Made by a program: the position numbers and the translations under genes
Origin: an uncultured delta proteobacterium
Lineage (GTDB): Bacteria > Myxococcota_A > Polyangia > Fen-1088
DNA: 64,000 nucleotides
NCBI GenBank assembly: GCA_963767925.1
Contig: CAVYGB010000002.1
Location: 1,152,001-1,216,000, forward strand
Direction of reading: 5' to 3'
Shown here: one piece after another, positions 27,842 through 38,624 of the stretch
Layout: the number at the start of each line of letters is the position of its first letter
How positions within the stretch are numbered: the first letter of the stretch is position 1
The notes under the pieces: generated by a model
Told to the model about the DNA's origin: nothing
Database searches by the model: none
Seen by the model: only the letters and a program-made list of their open reading frames with translations

Positions 27842-29518
27842 TCAGGAAGGGCCGGCGGCTTTCGGGCGGTGGCCCTGGCCGTAGATGACCTGGCCGGGGC
27901 GGGCGCCCGTGTGTTTGCCGCCGTCGAGGACGACCTTGCCGCCGACGATCACGTACGACACGCCGGTGGCGTACTGGTGGGGCTTTTCGAAGGTGGCCTT
28001 GTCGATGATGCGGCCGGGGTCGAACACGGTGACGTCGCCCCACTGCCCGGGGCGGAGCAGGCCGCGGTCGTAGACCCGCACCTTGGCGGTGTTGGCGGAG
28101 GTCATCTTTCGGATCGCCTCCTCGAGGCTGATGACCTTCTCCTCGCGCACGTAGCGGCCCAGCACCCGGGGGAAGGTGCCGTAGTAGCGCGGGTGGGGGT
28201 GGCCGGCGGCCAGGGGGCCTTCGGTCTTCAGGGCGCCGCCGTCCGAGCCGATCGACACGAAGGGCTGCTTGAGGGCGTATTGCATGTCCTTCTCGGCGTG
28301 GTGAAAGTAGACCGTCGGCACCGATCCGCCGTTGTCGATCAGGACCCGGAAGAACACGTCGAAGGGCTGGCCCCCCAGGGTGGCGATGACCTCGCTCATC
28401 CGCTTGCCCTGGAACTTCTTGTATTCGGGGTTCCGCAGCGACACCAGCAACATGCCCTGCCAGGAGCCGGTGGCGGTGTAGTGGTTGTACCAGCCGGGGA
28501 TGCCGGTCTCGATCTCCTTCTGGATGCGGGCCCGCTGCGCCGGATCCTTCAAGCGGGCCACCAGCGCCGCCGAGCCCCCCTCGTGCGCCCAGGGCGGCAC
28601 GATGGTGCCGAGGTCGTTCTGCCCTGCCGTGTACGGGTAGACGTTCGCCTCGACGAGGGCGCCGGCCGCCCGGGCCGCGGCGACCTTCTCGATCAGCTTG
28701 GGCATCTGGCCCCACAGGGTGTTCTCGGAGATCTTGATGTGGATGATGTCGACCGGGACCTTGGCCCGGCGGCCGATCTCCATGGCCTCGTCCGCCGCCT
28801 TGAACACGTCGAGCCCTTCGTGCCGCATGTGGGTCGAGTAGATGCCGCCGGCGGGCGCCGCCGCCTCGCACATCGCCACCAGGGTGTCGGTGTCGATCCA
28901 GGAGCCGGGCGGACCCGACAGGGAGCTGGCCACCCCCAGGGCGCCGTCGGCCATGGCCTGGCGGACGTGGCCCCGCATGCGGTCGAGCTCGGCCTTGCTG
29001 GGCTTGCCGCCCTTGCTGCCCCGAACCTCGGTCCAGATCTGCGACGACCCGACGTAAGAGCCGATGTTGATCGAGGTGCCGCCGGCCAGCACCTTGCTCC
29101 AGTAGTCGCGGAAGGTCGGGAAGTCCTTGCTGGGGGCGGCCGATCCGCCCTCGCCCAGGATCACCGAGGTCACGCCCTGGTGGATCATGCTCTGGGCGTC
29201 GCCGTCGACAAGGATGCTGCTGTCCGAGTGGTTGTGCATGTCGACGAACCCGGGCGCCACGATCAGCCCCTTGGCGTCGATGACCCGCGCGGCCGTCCGG
29301 CCCTGCAGGTTGCCCACCGCCGCCACCTTGCCCTGGCGAATCCCCACGTCGCCGACGTACGAAGGATTGCCGGTGCCATCGACAACCCGCCCGTTCTTCA
29401 CCAGCAGGTCGAAGTCGCCTCCCGCCGGGCCTTGCGCGCGGGCGGTGCCCGGGTCTGCCCACCCGAGAACGAAGGCCGAGACGAACGCGATCCCCTGGAC
29501 GGCAAGGTGGTTGCGCAT
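27842..29518 (-). CDS. N-acyl-D-amino-acid deacylase (D-aminoacylase, amidohydrolase family), exported
   Basis: NGRVVDGTG, APGFVDMHNHSD, THMR, GSDG, HPRYYGTFPRVLG, DKATF. Confidence 0.9.
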   Translation of the reverse strand: MRNHLAVQGIAFVSAFVLGWADPGTARAQGPAGGDFDLLVKNGRVVDGTGNPSYVGDVGIRQGKVAAVGNLQGRTAARVIDAKGLIVAPGFVDMHNHSDSSILVDGDAQSMIHQGVTSVILGEGGSAAPSKDFPTFRDYWSKVLAGGTSINIGSYVGSSQIWTEVRGSKGGKPSKAELDRMRGHVRQAMADGALGVASSLSGPPGSWIDTDTLVAMCEAAAPAGGIYSTHMRHEGLDVFKAADEAMEIGRRAKVPVDIIHIKISENTLWGQMPKLIEKVAAARAAGALVEANVYPYTAGQNDLGTIVPPWAHEGGSAALVARLKDPAQRARIQKEIETGIPGWYNHYTATGSWQGMLLVSLRNPEYKKFQGKRMSEVIATLGGQPFDVFFRVLIDNGGSVPTVYFHHAEKDMQYALKQPFVSIGSDGGALKTEGPLAAGHPHPRYYGTFPRVLGRYVREEKVISLEEAIRKMTSANTAKVRVYDRGLLRPGQWGDVTVFDPGRIIDKATFEKPHQYATGVSYVIVGGKVVLDGGKHTGARPGQVIYGQGHRPKAAGPS

Positions 29519-29676
29519 GGTCGGCGAGCGTAGGAGGCCTGCCAGTCCTCCGCAATACCGGAGTCGCTCCCTGACCTGGCCTTTACCTGCCGGCTGGCGC
29601 GTCAGCCGGGAGCACCGTGGCGGCGCGGCGGGGGGCCTTCCACCGGGCGGGCAAGGCGCTTAAAGTTCGCCAGACC

Positions 29677-30264
29677 GTGCGCTTCTTGCTTCCTGCCCTG
29701 CTCGTCCTGCTGGCTTACGTGGCCGGGTCGTTCCCGACCGGGGTGATCCTGGCCCGGGCGCGGGGGGTGGATCTGCGCAAGGTCGGCAGCGGCAACATCG
29801 GCGCGACGAACGTGGGGCGCGCGCTCGGACGGCCGTTCGGGGTGCTGGTGCTGCTGGTCGATGCGGCCAAGGGGTTTCTGCCGGTGTTCCTGGCCCGCCA
29901 GCTCGGGCAGGGGCCCTGGGTGCTGGCGGCGGTGGGGCTGGCGGCCCTGCTGGGGCACAGCTTCAGCGTGTTCTTGCGCGGAAAGGGCGGCAAGAGCGTG
30001 GCCACTGCCCTGGGGGCGGCGCTGGCGCTGGCGCCGCTGGCGGCGCTCGGGTGTCTCGGGATCTATGCGGTCTTGCTGGTGAGCCTGCGGATCTCGTCGA
30101 TCGGGTCGATCAGTGGGGTGCTCGCGTTTCCGGTGCTGGTGTGGCTGCTGGGGCCGCGGGTGCCGGCTTATTACGCGTTCGGGGTTTGCGCGGCGGCGCT
30201 GGTGGTCGTGCGGCACATCGATAATTTGAAGCGGCTGGCGCGGGGGGAAGAGCTCCGGGCCTGA
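29677..30264 (+). CDS. plsY: Glycerol-3-phosphate acyltransferase PlsY
   Basis: GSGNIGATNVGR, DAAKG, GHSFS...KGGKSVAT, RHIDNLKRL. Confidence 0.95.
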   Translation: MRFLLPALLVLLAYVAGSFPTGVILARARGVDLRKVGSGNIGATNVGRALGRPFGVLVLLVDAAKGFLPVFLARQLGQGPWVLAAVGLAALLGHSFSVFLRGKGGKSVATALGAALALAPLAALGCLGIYAVLLVSLRISSIGSISGVLAFPVLVWLLGPRVPAYYAFGVCAAALVVVRHIDNLKRLARGEELRA

Positions 30265-30269
30265 GGGGC

Positions 30270-31478
30270 TCAGCGGGCCGCCGACGCGAGGCAGGATTGG
30301 TAGCGCTTGTCGACGGCCTGGGCGAACCAGGCGGTGGAGAGGCGGCGGCTGAGCTTGGGGCTCTCGATGATCACCTGGGGCAAGATGGCGTATTCGGGCT
30401 GGCTGCCGAGCTCTTCGGCGAACACCTTCTTTATCGCCTCGTAGGTGTCCGTGCCCTCGAAGGCCTGCTCCTTCTCCTTGCGGACGTCCTCCTTCAGCCT
30501 CCGGTCGGTCAGTTTGGGATGGTACAGGTCGCGGAAGTGCTGGATGGCGGCCATGGTCTTGCTGGGGTCGTCGGTCGGTTTGCCGTCGCGGCCGTAGGCC
30601 AGCAGGTCGCCGTCGAGGGCCAGCTTGCGGCGGGTGAGGCGGGCGATCTGGGCCTGCACGGCGGCGTTGCGGCTGGCGTAGACCCCGGCGTTGTAGTCGG
30701 CGAAGCGGAACACCATCTTCGTGTAGGCGGCCAGGTGGCCGAACAGGCGGGCGGTGCCGTAGTAGACCCCGCCCTCCCGGGTGTAGAGGGCGTCGCGCAC
30801 GCCCGACGGCTGGCCGTGGTGCTCGCGCGCCCAGGTCTCGGCGAAGTCGACGCTGACCTGCATCGGGCCCGCGGTCGTGATCGGGTTCAGGTCGGAGAGG
30901 CTGCGCAGGTCGAACAGCCGGCCGGCCAGGTTGGCCGCCCCGAAGGCGCCCGGGTGGGCGCTCTCGTAGTAGGCCAGCAGGTCGCGAAAGGTGAGGTCGA
31001 GATCCCGCTCGGTGCGGACCTGCTGCAACCGCTCCTCGAAGGTGCGGGGGTCGGCGGGGGCGCGCGCCGCCAGCAGCCGGCGGAACACCGGGCGGCCGAG
31101 GGGGCCCAGGTGCTCCTGGTACTTCTCGATCCGGGCGTCGACAACCTTGGCCAGGCCGGGCACCACCGGATCGTGGCGAAAGCCCGACTCCTGGGCGATG
31201 AGCGCCACAACCGCGCAGACCGCCGTCGCCTCGGCGTCGATGCTGTTGGCCTGCAGGGCATCGGCAATCGCCTTGGCCCAGGCCGGCCGGTCGTTCACCT
31301 TCGGGCTGATGAGGGCGGCGATCTCCGATGGCCCCAGCCGCGGCTGCGGCGCCGCCCCCGGCCAGGCCCCGCCCGGCTGGCGCCCGCCCGAGCACCCCCC
31401 GCCGCCGGCCACCGCGAGCGCACACGCCACGCCGCCGAGCACGACGCGTTCAGCCAAGAATCTGCCCGGCAGCCGCAC
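30270..31478 (-). CDS. DUF1615 family lipoprotein
   Basis: [58 protein letters not shown]. Confidence 0.88.
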   Translation of the reverse strand: MRLPGRFLAERVVLGGVACALAVAGGGGCSGGRQPGGAWPGAAPQPRLGPSEIAALISPKVNDRPAWAKAIADALQANSIDAEATAVCAVVALIAQESGFRHDPVVPGLAKVVDARIEKYQEHLGPLGRPVFRRLLAARAPADPRTFEERLQQVRTERDLDLTFRDLLAYYESAHPGAFGAANLAGRLFDLRSLSDLNPITTAGPMQVSVDFAETWAREHHGQPSGVRDALYTREGGVYYGTARLFGHLAAYTKMVFRFADYNAGVYASRNAAVQAQIARLTRRKLALDGDLLAYGRDGKPTDDPSKTMAAIQHFRDLYHPKLTDRRLKEDVRKEKEQAFEGTDTYEAIKKVFAEELGSQPEYAILPQVIIESPKLSRRLSTAWFAQAVDKRYQSCLASAAR

Positions 31479-31615
31479 CCTCCGAGCTTGCCAGACCCCC
31501 TCGGTCCGAGCCCACTTCCCGACCCCATTTCGCCCCGGGCGTGCGATCGCGCGCGTGGATCCCTAGGGACCGGAACCCATCTGCCGCTCGCTCCGCGCCC
31601 GCGGCGTGCGAGCCG

Positions 31616-32565
31616 TTACCGTGCGGCGCGCATGCCGGCGTCGCGCAGGAGCGCCTGGTCGGCGGCGGTGTCGGGGTTGCCGGTGGTGAGCAGCTTCTCG
31701 CCGTAGAAGATCGAGTTGGCGCCGGCGAGCAGGCACAGGAGCTGCGCCTCGCGCGACAGCTCGAGGCGGCCGGCCGAGAGGCGCACCTTCGACGGCGGGC
31801 ATCACGATGCGGGCGGTGGCGATCATGCGCACCAGCTCGACGGGATCGACCGGCGGCCGGTCGGCCAGCGGCGTGCCCTCGACGGGGACCAGGGCGTTGA
31901 TCGGCACGCTCTCGGGGTGCGGGTCGAGGTTGGCCAGGGTCGCCAGCATCGCGCAGCGGTCGCCGACCGACTCGCCCATGCCGATGATGCCGCCCGCAGC
32001 AGACGGTGATGCCGGCCTTGCGCACGTTGCCCAGGGTGCGCAGGCGGTCGTCGTAGGTGCGGGTGGTGATGATCGACCCGTAGAACTCGCGGGAGGTGTC
32101 GAGGTTGTGGTTGTAGGCGGTCAGCCCGGCCTCGGCCAGCCGGCGGGCCTGCGGCTCGCTCAGCATGCCCAGGGTCACGCAGGCCTCCATGCCCAGCTCG
32201 CGCACGCCGCGCACCATCTCCAGCACCGAGTCGAAGGCGGGGCCGTCCTTGACCTCGCGCCAGGCGGCGCCCATGCAGAAGCGGGTGGCCCCCGCGGCCC
32301 GGGCCGCGCGCCGCCGACTCGAGCACCTCGTCCTTGCGTCGAGCATGCGCTCGGCCCCGACGTCGGTGTCGTGGCGCGACGACTGCGGGCAGTAGGCGCA
32401 GTCCTCGGGGCAGCCGCCGGTCTTCACCGAGAGCAGCGAGCAGAGCTGGACCTCGTCGGGGGCGTGGTTCGCGTGGTGCACGGTCTGCGCGCGCAACATG
32501 AGCTGCGGCAGCGGCAAGTCGTGAATGGCGCGGATCTCCGCCACCGTCCAGTCGTGTCGAATCAC
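31616..32565 (-). CDS. bioB: Biotin synthase (apparent frameshifts near 32330, 31995, 31790)
   Basis: [59 protein letters not shown] on manual translation. Confidence 0.92.
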
Positions 32566-32594
32566 GGGGTGCCTTCCTCCAGCCGGGGCTCTTT

Positions 32595-33681
32595 TCAGTT
32601 GATCCGGCGGAGAACGACCAGTACCCGGAGGGTCAGCCAGATGGCCGCCTCGGTGTCCTTGGGGTCCTTGGCGACCTTTGTCTTGACGCCGGTCGAGGCG
32701 GGGGTCGCCGCGGCGGCCGCGCCGTCGGCCTTGCTGGGCGGGGGGCCGGGGTACCAGAGCCCATCGGTCGACTGACGCGATCGGAGGTAAGCCTCCGCGG
32801 TGCGCACGCCGGAGTTCTCCTTGCCGAGCCCGATCGCCGTCACGGTGTCGAGCGCGTCGAGGACGTCGGTGTAAAAGCGGGGCTCCGTCAGCACCTCCCA
32901 GAACCCGGGGGCCTTGCGGTCGGGGTAGCGGTCGGGCTGCAGAAAGCGGGTGGCCAGCAGCTCGGCCGCCCGTCGGGCCTCCCGGGAGGACCGGCGCGCC
33001 GTCGAGGAGGCGAACGCCCGCAGCACCATCCCGGTCACAAGGTGGCTCGAGGGCCGCGCCGCCGAGTCGGTGCGCACGCCCCGCCAGGCCCAGCCGCCGT
33101 CGTCCTGGCGGTGGTCGAGCAGGAACTGGAGCCCGCGCTCGACCCGTTCGTCGCCCTCGTAGCCGATCCGGCACAGCGCCGAGAGCGACCAGCCCTGAAA
33201 GTGGAGGGCCACCATCTTGGCCCGGCCCTTGGCGGTCTCGGCCAGGGCCAGGTCGGCGATGCCACCGTCGGGGAGCTGCGACGAGAGCAGGTAATCGACG
33301 GACTTCTTGAGCTCGCTGGGGGCCCGCCCCTCCTCGGTGCGCACGCCGAGATCGGCCAGGCGATCGATCGCCCGCATGGTGGCGAGGGTGCTGGCGAACT
33401 TGGCGCCGCCGAGCGCCTTGTCCGGGGCTTTGGGCTCGTAGCTCCCGTTTTTCAGCATCTTCTTGACTGAGCGCCTTGACCTCGGGGTACGCCCAGACCT
33501 CGTCGAGGCCGGGGGCCTCGCTGTCGTCGATGAGGTCGCGTCGGATGCGGGCCAGCACGGAGGGCGAGCCTTCGCGCAGAAGACGAGGTATGGGATCGCT
33601 CGCCAGCCGGGCGCGCCACCCCGACAGCGCGCGTGACGGCGAGGACAGGGGTGGCGTCGGCGAATATCTGGGTCGATTCAT
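32595..33681 (-). CDS. Prenyltransferase/squalene-oxidase-repeat (QW motif) alpha-barrel protein; one apparent frameshift near 33465
   Basis: [23 protein letters not shown] repeats; N-terminal DPIPRLL segment in another frame. Confidence 0.7.
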
Positions 33682-33723
33682 GGCGAACGAAGCGCCAAGA
33701 ATATATCTCGCCGAACGAGCATT

Positions 33724-33738
33724 TGGCACGGCATTCGC
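33724..33738 (+). promoter_or_regulatory. sigma54-type promoter upstream of the sspB-like gene
   Basis: TGGCACGGCATTCGC (GG-N10-GC). Confidence 0.55.
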
Positions 33739-33815
33739 GAGAAGGTAAAAGAGGGGGGCGAAACCCCGCCGGGGGGGCGTCACCGCCCGAACCCCCACCC
33801 CGGCCAGGGCGGCAT

Positions 33816-34373
33816 ATGAGTCCGCAAGAACGACCATCCAAACGAGACGCGTTCATGGCCTTCCTCGGAGAAGGCTGGGTATCCGTGCATCTCGACGCCC
33901 GGCGCGCCGGCGTCCGGCTGCCCGATGACCTCAGCGATACGCGGCATCTGGTGCTGCAATACGGGCGGGACATGCCCATCCCCATCCCCGATCTGGTGGT
34001 CGGCGACGAGGGGGTCAGCGCCACCCTCTCCTTCTCCCGCACGCCCTGCCAGACCTTCATCCCCTGGTCGGCCATCTACATCGTCTCCTGCACCGACGGG
34101 CGGGGCATCCTGTATTACGAGGACGTGCCCGAGGACGTGTCGGTGGCCGTGCGCGGCGCCGACGGGGAGACAACCGCCCTGCCCGGCAACGTGCCCGACG
34201 GCGACGAGACCGCCCCGCCCGGCGAGATGACCGAGGCCGACACCGAGCCGGTGCGGGCCCCCTTCCTCCGCTCGGTCCCCACCGACCCCGCCGACAACGA
34301 CGCCACCCCCCAGACCGACCAGGGCGCCCCCGTCCGCCGCCGCCGCCGCCCCCAGCTCAAAGTCGTGAAGTAG
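33816..34373 (+). CDS. sspB: SspB-like ClpXP specificity-enhancing adaptor
   Basis: [28 protein letters not shown]-terminal RPQLKVVK resembles the ClpX-binding LRVVK tail. Confidence 0.8.
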   Translation: MSPQERPSKRDAFMAFLGEGWVSVHLDARRAGVRLPDDLSDTRHLVLQYGRDMPIPIPDLVVGDEGVSATLSFSRTPCQTFIPWSAIYIVSCTDGRGILYYEDVPEDVSVAVRGADGETTALPGNVPDGDETAPPGEMTEADTEPVRAPFLRSVPTDPADNDATPQTDQGAPVRRRRRPQLKVVK

Positions 34374-34425
34374 CCCGACCGCCGGCACCGGAGCGTCGGC
34401 CGGACGATCACTCGAGAGCCGATCG

Positions 34426-35682
34426 TCACTCGGGGGGGACGATGCAGTCGCAGAGGAAGGTCGCCAGCTCGTGGTGGCGGGCGCGGGCGTCTTCGTAGCC
34501 GATGCGCACGAGCTCGGCGGCGTACTGGCCGTCGAAGAGGATATACGAGAGCAAGTCGGCCTCGCTGGAGCCGCGGGCGTTGGCCAGGCGGCGCAGCAGG
34601 CGGATGCCGGGGCCGCCGCCCTGCCCCTTGAAACGCCCCGCCCGGGCGACGTCGCCGGCGATGGCGCCGAGGTCGACCGAGGGGCGCACCATGTATTCGC
34701 CCACCACCCGGTAGGGGGCGCCGCGCGCCCGCTCGACCACCTCGTCGAGCCGGCGCTTGTGCTCCTCGTCGCCGGCCGACTTGGCGGCGGCGATGAGGGC
34801 GTTGAACCGGCGCAGGCGATCGAGGTCGTAGTCGATGTGGTCGAGCAAGAAGGCGTTGAGCACCTTGCCGGCGAGGAAGGCCGCCCCCGGGAAGGGCATG
34901 GTCTCCTCGGGCTGCTCGGAGGGGGAGGGCTTGTGCCGCAGGCCCACCACCAGCACCTTGTCCGCCCCCAGGCGCAGGGCCGGTGACAGGGGGGTGTTCT
35001 GGCGCAGGCCCCCGTCGCAGAAGAAGCGCTCGCCGATGGCGATGGCGGGAAACAGGATGGGGATGGCCGCCGAGGCGATGGCGTGTTCGGCCACCATCTT
35101 CACCGCCTGCACCCGCACGAAGGGGTCCTGGCTCCAGGGCGGCACCGGGCGCGAGCTCTCCACGAACACGACCGACTTGCCCGAGCCGATGTCGGTGGCG
35201 GTGATGGAGAGCGACTCGAAGCCCCCGGCCTCGCAGTTGCGCGAGACGCGGTTCCAGGGGATGAGCCGGCGCACGATCCGCTCGAGCATGGCGGTGTTGA
35301 CGATGCCGCCGAGCCGTTTTTGCCCCTTCTCGATCTCCTCGATCTTGCCGCTGCCGAGCATGGTGGCGGGGGCCTTCATGAACTCCTTGACCCCGAAGTG
35401 CACCACCTCCTCGAGGATCAGGCTCTCCCAGCGCTCGGCCAGCAGGCGCCCCTGGGCGGGGGCGATGTCGGCCGTGCCGGCCATGAAGCAGGTGTGGATG
35501 CCTCCCACCGAGGTGCCACACAGGATGTCGAAGTGGACCTGCCCCCCGAGATCCCCCGCCAGGTCCTCGCGGAGGTACTTGAGGACGCCGGCCTCGTAGG
35601 CGCCGCGGGCCCCGCCGCCCGACAGGACCAGCGCCAGGCGGGGCCGTTCGCCCCGCCGGGGCTTGCGGCTGGGGCGGCTCAT
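34426..35682 (-). CDS. Patatin-like phospholipase
   Basis: GGGARGAY, GTSVG nucleophile elbow, ASAAIP, DGG. Confidence 0.92.
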   Translation of the reverse strand: MSRPSRKPRRGERPRLALVLSGGGARGAYEAGVLKYLREDLAGDLGGQVHFDILCGTSVGGIHTCFMAGTADIAPAQGRLLAERWESLILEEVVHFGVKEFMKAPATMLGSGKIEEIEKGQKRLGGIVNTAMLERIVRRLIPWNRVSRNCEAGGFESLSITATDIGSGKSVVFVESSRPVPPWSQDPFVRVQAVKMVAEHAIASAAIPILFPAIAIGERFFCDGGLRQNTPLSPALRLGADKVLVVGLRHKPSPSEQPEETMPFPGAAFLAGKVLNAFLLDHIDYDLDRLRRFNALIAAAKSAGDEEHKRRLDEVVERARGAPYRVVGEYMVRPSVDLGAIAGDVARAGRFKGQGGGPGIRLLRRLANARGSSEADLLSYILFDGQYAAELVRIGYEDARARHHELATFLCDCIVPPE

Positions 35683-36001
35683 GAGCGATCTCCTCGGGGG
35701 GGACTTCTACTTGGCATGGATGATTGGCACGAGGGGCTGGTCGCGGTAGCGGAGCGGGTTGGATGCTCCCACCCGGTCTCTCATTCTGACACCGTCCCTG
35801 ACACCATCCCCGATCCGGGCGCACCTGGCACGCGCACCGGCGGGAGGACCACACCCGATGCGGCCAACGCCGCAGCCTGAACGTCTGCTATGGGCGCGCA
35901 TCTGATCTGCGCAGAGTCCCTTTCACCTTAGATTTAAGGGTGGGGCGGAACCATACGCAAGCAGCTTTTACGAGGGCGACTGTACGCCTATGCTCGATGG
36001 G

Positions 36002-37879
36002 ATGGCCAACACGCCCGCGACCGGCCCCGTTCCGACCCCGCCCGGCTCGTCACCGCCGCCGCCGCCAGATGGGGCGACCCCACCGGTGACCCCCAGCGTG
36101 GGGGGCGGGTTCCTGCTCGAACCGACCGGATCGGCGCGCATCTTGACCCCCGAGATGCTCACCGACGAGCAGCGCATGATGAAGGAGACCGCCGAGGACT
36201 TCATGCGCCGCGAGGTCGAGCCCCGCATCGCCGAGATCGAGGAGAAAAAGCCAGGGCTGATGCGGGAGATCCTGCAGAAGGCGGGCGAGGTGGGCCTGCT
36301 GGGCCACGACGTCCCCGAGGCCTACGGCGGGCTGGGCGGTGACAAGACCAGCTCCAGCCTGATCTTCGAGGCGATCAGCCGGCTGGGCTCGTTCGCGGTC
36401 AGCTTCGGCGCACACGTCGGCATCGGCACCATGCCGATCGTGCTGTTCGGCACGCCCGAGCAGCGGCAGAAGTACCTGCCCCGGCTGGCCACGCGGCGAG
36501 CTGATCGCGGCCTACGCCCTGACCGAGCCGGGCTCGGGCTCCGACGCGCTGGCGGCCAAGACCCAGGCGGTGCTCGTCCGCCGACGGCAAGACCTACCGC
36601 CTGCACGGCACCAAGCAGTACATCACCAACGCCGGCTTCGCCGACCTGTTCACCGTGTTCGCCAAGGTGGACGGCGAGAAGTTCACCGGCTTCCTCGTCG
36701 AGCGCGGCGCCCCCGGCCTGACCGATCGGGCCCGAGGAGCACAAGCTCGGCATCCGCGGCAGCTCGACCTGCGCCCTTCATCCTCGAGGACTGTCAGGTG
36801 CCGGTCGACAACGTGCTGGGGCGTGATCGGCCAGGGCCACAAGATCGCCTTCAACATCCTCAACATCGGCCGCTGGAAGCTGGGCGTGGGCGGCGGTGGG
36901 CGGCGCCAAGTATTGCCTCGAGCTCGGCGTCCGCTACGCCCGCGAGCGCAAGCAGTTCGGCAAGCCGATCGCCGAGTTCGACCTCATCCGCAAGAAGATC
37001 GGGGACATCGCCACCCAGATCTTCGTCGGCGAGTCGATGGCCTACCGCACGGCCGGCCTGATCGACGCCCGCGGTCGCGCCGGATCGACAAGCCGGCCGC
37101 CGACGCCCAGAAGCAGGAGATCGACGCGATCGAGGAGCACGCCATCGAGGCGTCGATCATCAAGGTGTTCGGCAGCGAGATGCTGTTCCAGGCCGCCGAC
37201 GAGACGCTGCAGATCTTCGGCGGCGCCGGCTACATCACCGACTACCCCATCGAGCGGATCAGCCGCGACTCGCGCATCAACCGCATCTTCGAGGGGACCA
37301 ACGAGATCAACCGCCTGCTGGTGCCGGGCACCCTGCTCAAGCGGGCCATGCAGGGGCGCCTGGGCCTGATGGCGCTGGTGGCCCAGGTGCAGCAGGAGCT
37401 GGCCGACCCCAGCAAGATCGACCTCGCCCGACGCCCGCCCCGACCGGCCCGCCTGGCCCTCGAGCGCCAGAAGGTCGACTTCGCCAAGCGGGCGGTGGCC
37501 TACGCCGCCTCGATCGGGCGTGCAGAAGTACATGCAGGGCATCTCCGAGAAGCAGGAGCTGCTGGGCGTGCTGGCCGACGCCCTCATCGGGATCTACGCG
37601 ATGGACTCGGCCGTCACCCGCACCCTGCAGCTCATCGAGAGCCAGGGCGAGGCGCGCAGCACGATCCCGATCTCGATGACCCAGCTCATCGTGGCCCGGC
37701 ACCACGAGCAGCTCTTCGACAGCCTGCGCGAGATGCTGATGTGGGTCTCGCAGGACGAGGAGTGGGGCAAGGGCATCCGCGACATCAACAGCTACTACGC
37801 CCTCCACCGGGTCAACACCTTCTCCCTCCGCCGCAAGATCGCCAAGCACGTGATCGAATCCGGCGGCTACGCCCTGTAG
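36002..37879 (+). CDS. Acyl-CoA dehydrogenase (long FadE-type), multiple apparent frameshifts
   Basis: PEAYGG, AHVGIGT, YALTEPGSGSDA, RKQFGKPI, QIFGGAGY, RINRIFEGTNEINR spread over several frames. Confidence 0.9.
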
Positions 37880-37901
37880 CCGGGCCCGCGGCTCGAACGC
37901 A

Positions 37902-38207
37902 GACCCCTCACCCCTCCCTCTCCCCGCTGCCGCGGGGCGAGGGCGAACGGGCGGCGGGGAGTCGACGATCACGGGCGAAGCCAGCTCGGGGCGAAGCCAG
38001 TTGGAGCTTGGGGCGAAAGTCAGTTGGAGCTTGGGGCGGAAGTCAGTTGGAGCTTGGGGCGAAAGTCAGTTGGAGCTTGGGGCGGAAGCCAGTTGGAGCT
38101 TGGGGCGAAAGCCAGTTGGATCGATCGCTCGGAAGGTGATGGAGGCGGCTCGGCGGTTGTTCGCCCTCGCCCCACGGTCTGCCGTGGGGAGAGGGAAGGG
38201 TGAGGGG
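37902..38207. repeat. REPIN/MITE-like element carrying a 23-bp tandem array
   Basis: Left end identical to 27415-27462; diverged inverted right end; CAGTTGGAGCTTGGGGCG(A/G)AAG(T/C) units at 37998, 38021, 38044, 38067, 38090 and a partial unit at 38113. Confidence 0.88.
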
Positions 38208-38226
38208 CGGTTGCCGGCCCGGGGGG

Positions 38227-38616
38227 TCAGGCGCCGTCGCCGTCGTCACCGTCGAGGGTGCGGCGGACGATGGCACACAGGTCGTGCAGCTTGACCGGCT
38301 TTTGCAGGACGCCGGCCGCGGCCAGGCTGCGGGCCTTCTCCCGGGCCTGGGCGTCTGCCGTGATGACGACGACCGGGATGGCGGCCCAGCGGGGCTCCTT
38401 GAGCATCTCTTGCCGGAACTGCAGGCCGTCCATCCGGGGCATCATGAGGTCGAGGAGGATCAGGCGGGGCAAGGCGGCGCCCGTGCGCAGCTTGGCCAGG
38501 GCGTCGAGGCCGTCGATGGCGCAGGTGATGGCGTAGCCCTCGTCCTCCAGGGCCTCCACGACCGAGTCGCGGATGTCCCGGTCGTCCTCGATCAGCAACA
38601 CGGGACCGGGGGACAT
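38227..38616 (-). CDS. Single-domain response regulator (CheY-like)
   Basis: LLIEDD, LLDLMMPRMDG, VITA, LQKP. Confidence 0.92.
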   Translation of the reverse strand: MSPGPVLLIEDDRDIRDSVVEALEDEGYAITCAIDGLDALAKLRTGAALPRLILLDLMMPRMDGLQFRQEMLKEPRWAAIPVVVITADAQAREKARSLAAAGVLQKPVKLHDLCAIVRRTLDGDDGDGA

Positions 38617-38624
38617 CTCGGCGC

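Noticed and set aside
37998..38120. Possible CRISPR array or plasmid iterons (23-bp repeats)
   Set aside because: Repeats are directly adjacent with no spacers; no rep gene or AT-rich origin nearby
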